From: Raja brachyura
Taxonomy: Eukaryota
Direction of reading: 5' to 3'
Assembly: GCA_963514005.1 (NCBI GenBank)
Contig: OY740790.1
Coordinates: 37,882,001 to 37,946,000 of the forward strand
Length of the DNA: 64,000 nucleotides
The notes beneath the pieces were generated by a model. The model was given only the letters and a program-made list of their open reading frames with translations. It searched no databases and had not been told where the DNA came from. Position 1 is the stretch's first letter. The number at the start of each line of letters is the position of its first letter. A program made the translations under genes and the position numbers. Positions 13,599 to 26,600 of the stretch are shown here, piece by piece.

Positions 13599-14110
13599 TA
13601 TATAAAATGAAAGGAGCTTCGCGCCTTGCAGATCTGATCGGTGATGGAACAGAACCTCGGCCCGGGAATGGAATCCCAGGCCAGACGCTCGCGCGACTTA
13701 CGTCTCCCGGGATACTGGACGCTTATTGGTCAAACGTGCGGTCTGCTCCGTGCGTGGTTTCTATGCAAATACCGATGCGGAAATAAACACTAAGGACTGC
13801 AAATCGATTGCAACTTCTCAGGGCGCTCCTCAAAAGTGCTCTTTCGCCATCAGCACAGAGCCAGAGAAATGTGAGCGATCTTGGAACGCTTTCAAAAGGG
13901 CTTCTTCTTGGGAAACAAAAAAAAACCCTCGGGCATCATTCGCCGACTTTTTTTCGCAGCGGCTTTTGCATGGTTTCGCTTCCGGTTTGCAACGGTTCCC
14001 AGTTTATACATTAAAACCAAAATATAATCAACAAAAAGACGACAACAATGAAGCTAAACGTCTGAACAATTTAAAGTTTGTCACGTACTCTTTACATGGC
14101 GATGGTACGT
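13599..14110 (+). promoter_or_regulatory. Candidate upstream alternative promoter/first exon ending ATG GCG ATG|gtacgt
   Basis: TATATAAA at 13599, CpG-rich 13620-14000, ATG 14096, ATG 14102 and donor-like gtacgt at 14105, phase 0 with exon 2. Confidence 0.4.
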
Positions 14111-16199
14111 GATACATAATGAACTTTATTTCAATTATCATTTTAATAGCGATATTCTAAATTTGAATGCAAAATATTTAGGGATATTTTAAAGTATATT
14201 TAATAATGTTTCAGCCTGATATTTAATAGCAAATGTCTATTTTTTTAATTCCAATTTGCGTTCTTGTTCCAGTTTGCGTCCATGTAGATAATGTCAATTA
14301 TTGGGCCAAGATCGGGCTGTTAGAAAGCGCTGAGCTTGGCAAATTTCCCCCGTCGCTTGCTTGCTGCAAGATCAGGCAAAAAATAAATGTTGCGCGCTCG
14401 CTATGTCGAGACGTGTGATTTAGTCTCAAAACCATTATCTTCAAACGGTCAGCCGAGACGTGAACTTGAACCGACATGATAGGCAGATCATTCTACCAAT
14501 TGAAATTTTCATTAACACCCTCGCGCTGCGCTGCGCCAATCGGTGCGTTCTAGCTGGAGTTTCCGCTATCAAGTTTGGTTTATTTGCAATAGGATACTTT
14601 GGAAGGGTTTGTTGGGAACTGTAGTTCAATGTGTACAGTGCTAAAGCTGGATCAATGAATTCACTAAGGACGAGCTGTGTAAGGTTATAGACCATATTTC
14701 ATTTTCATTAAACATAAGATAGTACGTGTCCAGGTTTCCCACCGTGTAGCCCAAAACACACGTGCAATATATTTTTTTACATAAAATAATCAATTTAGCA
14801 AAAGTGTTTTTCCCTCATGAAATTCTCTTAAATGAGATTAGAACAAATCACGAAATAAATAACTTGCACCGTATTTTAATTGTACATAACGTTTGCAATT
14901 ATACATAATTTGCATGAATATTATGTTGCCCATTTGCTTTGGCATTGCATGGCGACTTTTAAATGGTCATTAGTTTTCAATTGGGTTATGTGTAAAGTAC
15001 CAGATCCATAGTTTTGATAGGCAAATAAGACAGTTGGTAGCTTCTCTTGCCTTCGGAAGAAGGGGGCTGTTTGAATAGGGGCAGTGGAAATCATGGTAAT
15101 GTTTGGATCAAAGCTGCTGCAACGTTGCACATTTTCAGATGCAATTATTTTCTAAGGTGTTAAAGGATTTTAATGCGACCATAGCCACAGAGATATCCGC
15201 AGCAAGTGAACTAAAGGATATGGATGATGGGCGGGGAATATTCCGTGTAGTGGTTTCCCTTTAAATCGCTGTGTAATTTGAATTGACTTGTATATGTTTT
15301 CTATGATAGCCAATCCAAGTGCAGAAATGGCGTGTGTTATGACTTTCTCTTTGCATTCCCATCATCTTCTTGATATTACAATGAAAGGCTTTGTCCATGC
15401 GTTTTCTGCATTGCTGAGGAGCATGCACATTCCATTCTACTGACAATCATAACTCGGCTTTACATTATCTCCTTAACATTCTACGAATACACTATTTTCA
15501 CCAACGTCGAGTATTGAATTTCTAAGTGTAGTTAGAATGAAACCTACGTGCACTCATGTAATTTGTAACATGGAACTTTAAATATTTAAAGATAAATTTC
15601 CTTTAAGATAATGTCTTGAAAATGAACAAAATTAACCAATATGCTTAACCTGCCATTAAGTAGAAACTACACCAATACTAACCAAATTAACCAGTTCGCA
15701 CGTCTTCAATCCCACTATTACCAAGATGCGTACGTTTATATTTGAGAATAATTGAACAAACACGTGCTACTGGAAAATAATTCATGCAACGTTTCACCGT
15801 TATTGCTACATTGCTAACACACTGGAAAGTTTAATGGATAACAAGGGTTGTGGTTGCAACATGTTGGAATATTTTGCATTGTGATGAGGTCCTAACCTTC
15901 CACCCATATGTTTTCACTCCCCTGCATTTCAGTTCTGGTTTCGATTTGTAATTTTTAATTCAGAGCTGCAACAAATCTCGTGATAATTTCTTCAAAGTGC
16001 GAGGTACCCTACTCACTTTTGATCAGTTAAACACACACACCTTCAACCCAATTGCACATTAAGACTTGCACACTTCAGAGCATGTCTATTTGTTTAGAAA
16101 TATGGGCTCATTAACATAAATTAATATATCTTTCACAATCTACGGTAATGGAAATTGTGGCGATGTGGTACACAGCCTTAGACATTATTTTTAAAGTGG

Positions 16200-16369
16200 A
16201 CAGACACAAAATACTGGAGTAACTCAGCATGACAGGCAGCACCTCTGGATAGAAGGAATGGGTGACGTTCTATCCTTCTACCCGGAGATGCTGCCTGGCC
16301 CGCTGAGTTACTCTAGCATTTTGTGCATGTTTTCGGTGTAACCCAACATCTGCAGTTCCTTCCTACACA
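16200..16369. mobile_element. Fold-back Penelope pLTR fragments at the edge of the NFIA promoter
   Basis: ctggagtaactcagcatgacaggcagca...gaaggaatgggtgacg inverted against tccttcta...gatgctgcctggcccgctgagttactctagc. Confidence 0.7.
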
Positions 16370-17072
16370 TTCTTAAAGCGGAGTTGCGCAGTGAACAGGA
16401 ACAAAGACTACAAGGCCCAAAATGCATTGCAGACATGGCGCATGCGTGGTGCCTGACCAATGGTTTATCACTCAGTGTTACATATGGGTCATTTGCGCAG
16501 GCAAAGAAACAGTCAAACAATGAACGGCAGCCGTGCGGAGGAGCGCTGGACGTGTCTTTCGACTGCGTGACGCGAAGGAAAAAAAAACACAATAAACAGG
16601 CGCATGATTCTTAGTTATGTATTGTGATTTATTGTTGTTAGAAAAAGGCGCCAAAGCCCGACTGCCCAAACCAGAGGTTTTGGTTTAAACAAAACCCGAC
16701 TTGGTGGGGGGCGGGGAAGAAATACCCCAAATCATTTCGCAACTAACTTTAGCGCTGCCAAACAAATCGCTCCATAATTTATTTACAAGAAAGTTGCACG
16801 CAGACTTTGAACTTTCTTAATATGTGTATGTCACGGTGTTTCGATTTTGTGGCGGAATTTATTTTCATGAATGGGCCATGAGAAAGAAACGCGCTCAGTG
16901 TGCCTGCCACAAGCTCAAGTCCAAGTTCATTGTCGGCTCTCCACATTGGCCGCCGCATCCAGCCACACTGTCCTGCTGCATTCGGCTGTTGACGCAGAGC
17001 CTCGGGGCTGGGAAGGGGATCGGGTTTTTTTCAAGAATCCAGTCGCTCTGTTTTTATTTCGAAAAGCTCCTC

Positions 17073-17113
17073 ATATATACATATATATATAGAGAGAGAG
17101 AGGGGGGGGGGGG
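17073..17113 (+). repeat. Compound (AT)n-(AG)n-(G)n tract in the NFIA promoter
   Basis: atatatacatatatatatagagagagagagggggggggggg. Confidence 0.9.
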
Positions 17114-17453
17114 TGGTTGTGGGGTTGAGAGCGATGTTCGCGTGGCGCCGGGAGCTGCAGAGCAATCGAGAGGGGTGTAGTCCAGTCTGGCTCAGAGAAA
17201 GCTATCGCTACCTCACTGACAGGCTGCGAGCCTGACTTTTCCCCGTTTAATTCTCAATCATAAGATCGAGACCGCTGCCGCAGAAAGCAGCCCGAGAGCG
17301 GGCTGGGTAAGATATCTTCCCGCAAAGCAGGTGTGAGACCGAGGGAAGGGAAGGTGTGTGTTGGCGGCCGCCCGCCCGCCCGACTGTCAGACTGAGAGAG
17401 GCAGAGTTGCGATGTGGACTATATAGTAACTATAGGCGGGGTTAAAGTTCAGG

Positions 17454-17537
17454 ATGGAGAAGCGAGCTGGCTTCAGTTCGAGACTGAAATGTGAAAGCCG
17501 GCTTTTCCTCTCACCACCACCAGCACCGCCACAATAA
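17454..17537 (+). other. Upstream ORF (27 aa, MEKRAGFSSRLKCESRLFLSPPPAPPQ) whose TAA overlaps the NFIA ATG
   Basis: aggATGg at 17454, open to TAA 17535-17537; NFIA ATG is 17537-17539. Presence in the mRNA depends on the unknown TSS. Confidence 0.5.
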
Positions 17538-17563
17538 TGTACTCTCCGCTCTGTCTCACCCAG
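17537..17563 (+). CDS. NFIA: Nuclear factor I A, coding part of exon 1 (MYSPLCLTQ)
   Basis: ATG TAC TCT CCG CTC TGT CTC ACC CAG followed by donor gtagga at 17564; phase 0, joins exon 2 as MYSPLCLTQ|[11 protein letters not shown], the NFIA N-terminus (NFIB has MMYSPICLTQ, NFIX MYSPYCLTQ, NFIC MYSSPLCLTQ). Confidence 0.95.
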
Positions 17564-20500
17564 GTAGGATACATTTTTGCAACATTTGTATCCCTTTGGA
17601 GGCCAGCATGGATTTTTATTAAACTTTTTTTCCTCTTTTTTCCCCTGCCTCCTGCTGCCTCTGAGATCAGTGTGTGGGCTCAGCGATCTGAACCATTGAG
17701 GCACATGGCTAATGGCGGATACGTATTAATATTTATTATTTTTGAACTGTAATATTTGAGAGTATATATATATATATTTACAAATTACATTTTCCAAGAG
17801 CGGTATTTGCAGAGGTGCAGTGTATTTCTGAAGTCTTTCCCAGGCCAGCGAAGTGTGGCGATGGCTGCTGTTATTTTTTTGAAGGAGGGGGGTGGGTGGA
17901 AAGCGAGCGATGGGGAAGCACGCTTTTGTTTTGACTGTAAGGTACGGAGTTTACTCACAACATCGGTGCGCGGAAGTTTGATTTTTTTAAAATAATATCT
18001 TCGACAACAACCCCGCCAGTGGCCACTCGCTCCGCCGCAGCACCAAGGCAGCGGCTCCGACGAGCACTGCGCTCGGCGAGCCCGCTGTCCAGGCTGCTTC
18101 ACCCAGGCAGAGGTAGACTTGACGGCGAGAGTTTCTTGGCGGGACACCGAGGTCCCATCAGGTGTGGAGTACCGTCAGGCCAAGTTGCTTTCTCTGGGAG
18201 GTTGGGCACCTACCTCTAACTTTTCTGGAGCACTTCTGCAAACACTGCGATTTGATGGGTGTTTGCGGGCATTGTGGTTTCGTGGCGACACCGGCTTCCC
18301 TTTCGAGTTCCTTATTATTTTGATTTGTCTCAACAACTTCCCCAAAGCCCACCGCCCATGTCATTATTCCCTGTTTGTTGGGACCATTCAGACAGACACC
18401 CTCAATGTTTCCCCTTTTAACGGAGTTTTACTGCCGCTCCTTTTGAGGAAGGTCGAGGTTTCCCAGTGGAAGCGTTCGTTGGCTGCTGGCGGGCCGCGTT
18501 TCTTTACACTCAAGTTTCCAGATTGCGGTGTTGCTTTGAAATCTGCTTTATTTTGTACTTCCATACACCGTAGGAAATTTAACCCGCGGTAATTCCAAAG
18601 CTTCTGTTTAAACCATGAACCGTAGAAAGTGGATTCAGGATCCCCGATGTTATAAAATAAACCTACCTGCAGTTATATATATATATGTTTCAAAATTTCA
18701 TTATTTCCACTATTATCAATAACATGTTTATGTATCTTTACTAGCAAGTCATTTCTTTAAAAAGTTACACGCGATTTAAAAGTTTACAAAGCTTTATCAA
18801 CAATGGCCTTTTATGTTTCCATAAATCTTCTAAATTCAGAACTTTCCCCTGTGGGAAGGGGGGAAGCATCAAGATCTTTACAAACGCTTTTAAAATCCAC
18901 TAACCAGACTGTGGGAAAGGTTCGTATCATGACTTTAATTTTGCACCACCAACAAGATAAAGTAAACGTCAATATGATAATCTTGAAGTAACTGTCGTTA
19001 TATCTCTCAGGTTGGCGTTTCCCAATGAACACGTCAAATTATTCCGTGTTTTGTTACTTGCTAAAATGTCAGGGAACATTTAAAAATGGATGCAAAAGTT
19101 TAATATAAACTCGACATTATTTTCGGTAACCTGTGTGCAACATAACATTTTGCCCTTTTCCTGTATTCATTAAATACCCAAGAAGTTGTTCATTTGTGAT
19201 ATTATTCACATTGTTACAGCATCTCAGAAAACTTTCTGCTCTTTCTGCTATTATATCATTTGTTAATTGTAGGTAATTTAGTTACTGAGGCATTGAGCTT
19301 CAGACAATACCCAGCCACACATTTAATACCAGATTCTTTCAGGAATCTACTTAAAAATAAGCTTAACCCCCCCCCCCCCCCTCCCAATAAATACAAGTAC
19401 GGTAGAAAAAATGAGATTGTAGTCTTTTACAGTTAAGAGTGTGTTGGTACAATGGTTACAATATTGCACAGAAAGTATTGATCTTTTGAATACAAATAAT
19501 TTCTAGTACCTGCAGTATTTTCCTTGCATTCTAAGTCTATTGAATATGTTTTGATTTAAGGCAGAACCCCAAAAATAACATAGATGCCTGATAGTGTGCA
19601 GGTTTTAATCACAGTCATTTTTTTCTAAAAAAAAGAGTTTAGAAAGTGCTTTCCAAAATGAATTTGGCTTGCTGCTTTGCTAAATTAAAAAATATATAAG
19701 AAATGCAACAAATGATCTAAAATGCATTGGATTGTTTAAAAAAAAGTTAATCTTGAAAAGAAAGATGTATAATAAACATGAACCGTAAATGGCGGCAAGT
19801 GGAGAATTAGATTTCCAGTGGTCAGTTGTTTGTAAACAATAAAGAACTCTAATTATCGGAGTTAAAATATAAGTAAGTTTATAACCACTTAAAAGAACAT
19901 TGGTGCTTAGTCTGCTTCATCATTTTAGACTGCAAACACTAATTGAAATGGCAGTGCCAAAAGAAAAACGTGCTTGCTGCACTGAAGTGCAGTGCTGAGG
20001 TTTATATCAAAATAGACCCACAACAAAACCACAACTTTACTGATTGTCATTTAAGTGGTTTGGCCTTCTAAAATGCAATATTTTGAAAATAGCTTAAAAT
20101 AGGAACCTTTGTTTAAAAATTGAATAGGGAAAAATAGGCTTTAATTGGGAGAAAATTTCATCTTTCTGGTTTTAAAAAAAAAGACAGCTTTGCAAGTCAG
20201 TGTTTTACGTGTCTGTAATGGGAACAAACTTCAAATTGCAAAATGTAATGCACTGCTAGAGATATTTAAGACCCCAGCCTTTTCATGATATATTGGACAT
20301 TGAATCTGTAGATAATAAGAACTAATTGCAGCCGCATAAATACACTAATGTTGACTAAAGCTCCCAGCCTGCGGACCTTTCTTACTGCTGCAGAATTCAC
20401 TTTATTGTAATATTTATTTTTTGTTTTTTTTTAACTGATATTCTTTTTGTAGGAAAAAACGTTATTCCACATTGAAAATGAAAGAGGTCAGGCATCGTGG

Positions 20501-23087
20501 AAGATATAGGCGGTGACATAGGTTGAAGTAAATTAAAGCTTATTTTCTGAATTAGCAGTGTGGTAGAGCAAAGAAACTGTACTTTGGAAATTTTCCAACG
20601 TAAAGTCGATGCAAGAATATATAAACCTTTGTAGGCTTTGGACTGAATTAAAATGTAACCATACATGTGCAATAGATTACTGAACTATAATGCACCTTGC
20701 TCAGAATGCTTAAATATTATAATAATTCACAGTGTAATTTTTCTTGTCAATCCACTAGTTTTTACATTTTTGAGAAATAATCCCGATTTATCTAAATTGT
20801 CAATTTAATAAAAACCACCTCCCCCGCCTCACCCCCCACCCAACTGCAAATTGATTTACAGATCTCAGTCCTGTTGCAACACAAAGCAGCAGAGAACAGA
20901 TCTGAACTAGTGGCATCTGAAGGCCACAGCAAAGGACATCAATGTGGTGACATAGTATCACCACACTGGCATCCCTTGTTCCATGCATGCACGCAACCAA
21001 GGTCAAATACTGACTAGGTTTTCATTCGCGGCACTAATGTATCTATATTAACTCCACAAACTCACTTTCAACAGGACTGAGTTCTTTAACTTGGAATGAG
21101 TTCTTGAGTTGGCATTTATGGCATATTCACAATAAACACTTTGGTGCAGAATTGATTTCTGAATCCATTAATGGAAAATGGTGAAAATATTTAAGAGATT
21201 TCTTTCTCTGTACTATATGATTTGATCAAATGAACTCCATGTTTAAGTTAAGAGATTTTCAAACAAAAAGTTTAGACCGAGGTGAAAAAAGTAACAGGGA
21301 CGTTAACCCTTTTAACACTTTATGAAACGAGTTTGTTAAAACAAATCAATGGATTATAAATTGTGGTTTGGAAGAAATAGTTTGCCCTGACTTTCTCATC
21401 CCAATCTTTGTGACACGATAGGAGGAGGCATATATCTGCTTAGACAGTCATTTAATAAATTTGAGCTTCATTATTTGTTTTGGCAGTTTGAAAATCTCCT
21501 TTACAGGACAGATTGTTACCTACGTGTAGATGATTTTAGTAAAGGAATTCAGTTAAGCTTGAAGAATTACAGGCCAGATGTCGTGTGACTGGAAAAAGGT
21601 TGGTAAATGAAAATTCACTTTAATCTAAAAATCCTCCAAATGTTCCCACCAATGCAACATTTTTTCATTAATTTATATCATTAAGCAAAATCCCTTCCAG
21701 CCTGAACTGCTGTGGCCTAGTTTATACAATGAAAATCCCCAACTTTATTCAGCAAAGGGAATGTGAAATGCACACGATTACAGAATTTTTTTTAAATTTT
21801 CTGCTGTTTCAACAGATTTTGCATCTACTTCATCGTAAAAGTGATGCTACTTTTGTTTTATTGTTTAAAAACACTGTGCAGCATTTGGTTTAAACAAAAG
21901 AATAAGACAGATGGCAGTTTTGCTCAGAATTTTTTTTTCATTTTCTTTTGTGGGTTTTTATATTAACGTGTTGGATGTAAAATTTATAGTTATTTATCTA
22001 AATATATGGTTTTGACTAGTTTAAATGCAAATAATATACGTATAAAGAAATGTTTATCAATACCTTGTTATTGTTTACGCTGTAATCCTCGAGAGTAGTT
22101 GCTGTTTTTTACCAGTCACTTTTATGTTATTGATTGAAATGTTGATTTCAAAGGTTGATAATGATCACAGGGTTCCCCTCTGAATTTACAGATTTTTATT
22201 GTATTTACTGGTTGGATAAGGAGACGGTGAAAATTTGTTTTATGTTAGTATTGAATAACGATTGCAAATAAACTACTTATTAATAACTATTTAATACTCG
22301 TGTAGCATCATCTGGATATAGAATCAAATAATGTGTAAGCGTGTTTTTATTATTAATTTTTGTTCACAAGGGTACAGCTCAATGTTACAGTTCTTGTTAA
22401 AATAGCATGAATTCACAATGAAGAATATGCAGATTTTGTTCTGACTGTACAGACTTGCTGTGTTTGAAACCATCTTGTGGAGGGGGGGAGATTTGTCCTC
22501 TCTTGCTTTGCACAAAGCCCCCTCGTACGAGCTGTTGATTGGCATTCTAGTGTGTGGAATTTGCCAAATAGGCGGGATCATGCTGGCTACATCACATGCA
22601 AAGGGGTTGGGGACGGAGAGTGAAGAGATCTGCATTTTTTTTTAAAGCTGGCGAAGGTTAATGAAAGCCCCATGCTTTAGTCGAGGGATCTTTCTCTACT
22701 GTTTTGGGAAAGCTCCATAAACAAACTAAGCACACGCAGGGAACGTCTTGAATATTGGCAAGTGTTCTGGATGTCACCTACATGGGTGCTTTCAGTTATG
22801 CCGTCGGCATCTTTCTGACTGTTCAACACAAAGAATTCTCACTGTACATGGCATAAATTTCTCCAAGTCCAGCCCTGAACAAGATACTCTGCTGGTCCGA
22901 GTTTACAATGGTATTGAATCAATTCTCTGATTTAAGTGAAATGTCTCTCGATTTCTCAATTTGTACTTTTATTTGTTTACTTTATAACAGGAAAATTCTA
23001 ATGTATGTTTCAAGTGTTACAGTGTTTCTTTTGTCAGAACTTCATTTTTGCTTATTCTGTCTCGTCTGTTTTTTAAAACTTTTTTAG
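17564..23087 (+). other. NFIA: NFIA intron 1 (GT-AG, 5524 bp)
   Basis: gt at 17564 and ag at 23086-23087 joining two in-frame NFI exons. Confidence 0.92.
22450..22700. promoter_or_regulatory. GC-richer intron-1 element ~400 bp before exon 2 (candidate enhancer or internal promoter)
   Basis: Local GC rise in AT-rich intron with ATTGG (reverse CCAAT), TTGGCA and GCCAA NFI half-sites and GGCGGGA. Confidence 0.35.
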
Positions 23088-23675
<588 letters not shown>

Positions 23676-26600
23676 TGATTTGATTTACATTCAGTTTTTA
23701 AGAAATGGTTATGCTGCATGTATCCTCACATTAAATTTAAACTTACATAATGGTTGCCTTGTGTGTGTACATTTCTGTAATGTTAACTTTCTTCTGCATG
23801 CTCTTGAAGATAATCTAGATCCTATCCTGTTGCAAGTGTAGCCTAAACTTGTTAAGCAATCTGTGATTTTGATCAGCATTTTTTGTTTCTTTTGTGTAAT
23901 GGTCATAAATGCTCATTACAGGCCGGATCTACAAACTGCTGTTAAACTCTCCAGCTGTGTTTCTCACGCCCTTCATGATCAAACCAGCATTCTCTTTCTT
24001 TCCTCCCTCTCCCACCCTTCATAGCCCAAGATGGAAGATGAAAATTCCCATCAGAATTATAATTAGTTTACAAAAGAAAATCACTGTTATTTTTGTGTGA
24101 ATATGATATGCGCAAACCAAAACCTACAGAAGATCAGCAACTGCAAAAAGCATGACCAAAAGTTTCAGAATTTGGGTCAGCCAGTGAGTGCCCCAGAATG
24201 CTGGCACAAGGGTTATGCCATCTTGGAATCGGCAGACGTAATCAGCAGCTAATAAGGAAGGAGTCTTGTGCTGTTAATTGTCTGCTGCCCAAGTGAAGTG
24301 TCAAACTTTGGATTCGACACACTGCTTACAATGGTAGAATAACATTGTATGTAACTGTTCTCTACTAGTTTCCTGGATAAAGTTCCCATGTGTTCTATTT
24401 CAGATATTTTTATTTACAGGTGCACCATGAGAACAGGATAATGTGTATATATGGTAATTTAAGTGGTTAATATAACAAATTAATGTGGAAAGATTTCCTG
24501 GATACTTAGGTTTTGTTGCTTATGTTTGTCACGTTTAACATAAACTAGAGCAATACTAAAGTCTTTTGACCTTTTTCCAATGGTGTTTTAACCGCATCAC
24601 TGTAAATCACTGGTCTTCAGAATAGCAAGCTCATATTCAAACTTTAATCTTCAAAATGAAAGTCATTTGCAGTTTGAACTCAGTTATTTTCTGAAACATT
24701 TTGAGTTTAGGAAATATTTGGGATGGTTGTTGCTACCTTGTTTGCCAGGAGTGCATGGACAGGTTAGAAACACGTCAGTTTTGTAATCAATGGCTCTGGA
24801 GATATCGGAGATAACTGCTGAAGTTTGATCACATGAAAGCAATCCAAATGTATTGGAAAATATATTCAGTTCCGTCCATTCATTGTGCACTACCGTTTTA
24901 TCTTAAATATGAAGTGGCGAGAAACAAACAAGTTAATATTGTTAGTAATACCAAAAATCTTTACTCTTTTGTTTACTAAAATAAGCGGAGTAACGCACAT
25001 ACACACTGCTCATAAACAATACGTATTTTAAAATTAGATGCTTACTGACGATTGCACACAGAAAACCGCTTGGACCCACATTTGGCCTGCTCGGAAGGTT
25101 CAGGGGTTTTCAATGGACTGAGCAGCTGCCAGTGCTGGCAGAAAGCATGAACTCTAAAAGTGCTTTGTCCATCATGCCAAAGCCAACATGGGAATACGTG
25201 GCCACTTTTTTTCTCGCTGATGCTTGGCTCTTTCCTGTAGTCTGATTCTGAAGCCATGTTTTGGGGAAGAGTTGTTACATCGCTATTAGGTTTTTTTTTA
25301 AAATCACCAAATTAAATTTTCTTCCCAATTTGAAAATAAGTGTTTTCTGATTTTTACTTCAAATAACTGAAATTTTCACCAACTGTTCAAAGCTGTTAAG
25401 AAATTTATAAACATTTTCTGGCAAATCAATTTAACAATTCAGCAGTGCACAAGCTTTCCCAAATTAATGTAAAACTAGAAACCAAGGCAATGAATTACTG
25501 ATACCAAAAAACATGTTGACGTTTGGAAATATTTTGCTGTGATTATTAATTTCATGGACAAAGTTCAGTTTTAAATATTAGCAATTGCTGGAATATCTTA
25601 AGGTACAAGCATATCTAATATTTTTAACATTTGAAACTGTAATCAGTACATATTACTACTTACCTTAAAACTTGTTATGGCTTGAATTCAGAGAGTGTTT
25701 GATTCCAATTAATTTAGGGTAGAATTGTTCTAGAGATCCCGAATAGAGAAAGCACCGGTCTTGTATTCAATCAATTGTTCCAAATTTCTAATTGTTTTGC
25801 ATAGTAACTTAGTTACAAGCCATTCAGAGAACTTTCTAAAACTATTTCAAGCGATATCTCCTTTTCAGAAGAACATGTGGGATTGGAATAATGAACACAG
25901 CATAGCTGCTAGGGGGAAACACATGACTTTTTAACATATACTAAAGATTTCAAAGTTGTCTTATTTGACGGTGTTGCATGGCACATAATTTGAAATTATG
26001 AGCATTTTTAACAATTCAGTTTATTGATAAAAACACCGTGATCATTCAGTGAAAAAGATAAGAGCTTTTATAAATACCAATCATTAAAATAATTCAAATT
26101 TTAATGATTCAGAAATGATCTGTTTTATTGTAGTGTTTGCTATCTTCTTACAACATGCAATAGTTATTGTAACTCAACAAGATAATTAAATGCAGTAAAA
26201 CTGATAGTTGAACAGTCTTACATGATATAGTTATCTTTAATTTGGTTCGTAGTTAACAGATAAGTTCTTTGTCGGTCCAGTGGCCAGTACACATATCAAG
26301 TTAAACTTGGAAAGATACTGCAATGGACGAAAACAAACTTTCTTTTGAAAAAGTGCAAGGCACAATCTAATTTATGGCCTGCACCATTAGTAGCTGACCC
26401 AGGTCAGAATGGCATCATTCCAGGCACGTGTAAGGGTCATGACATAAGTTGTTTAGGTCATGACCCAAGCCAACAGGCATTTGACCTCTTAGATAAACGG
26501 TGATCTTTGCTTATTAGTGGGCACTCATGCGAGTGCTGTCTTCAGCTCGTCAGTATTGTTGTGACCCACTGCCTATGCAAACAGTTTGTGGAGAGGGAAT

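Larger units (their letters stand above)
16380..18600. promoter_or_regulatory. CpG-rich promoter / 5' region of NFIA
   Basis: GC/CpG-rich block around exon 1; NRF1-like GCGCATGCGT 16438-16447 overlapping YY1-like ACATGGCG, CCAAT ~16457, GC box GGGGCGGGG 16708-16716, TATA-like tatatag ~17420. Confidence 0.75.

Noticed and set aside
17564-17752. Continuation of ORF 17537-17752 past LTQ
   Set aside because: Intronic sequence after the donor at 17564; no NFI similarity.
16824-18592. Overlapping 60-157 aa ORFs in the promoter region
   Set aside because: Expected in GC-rich DNA; no recognisable domains.
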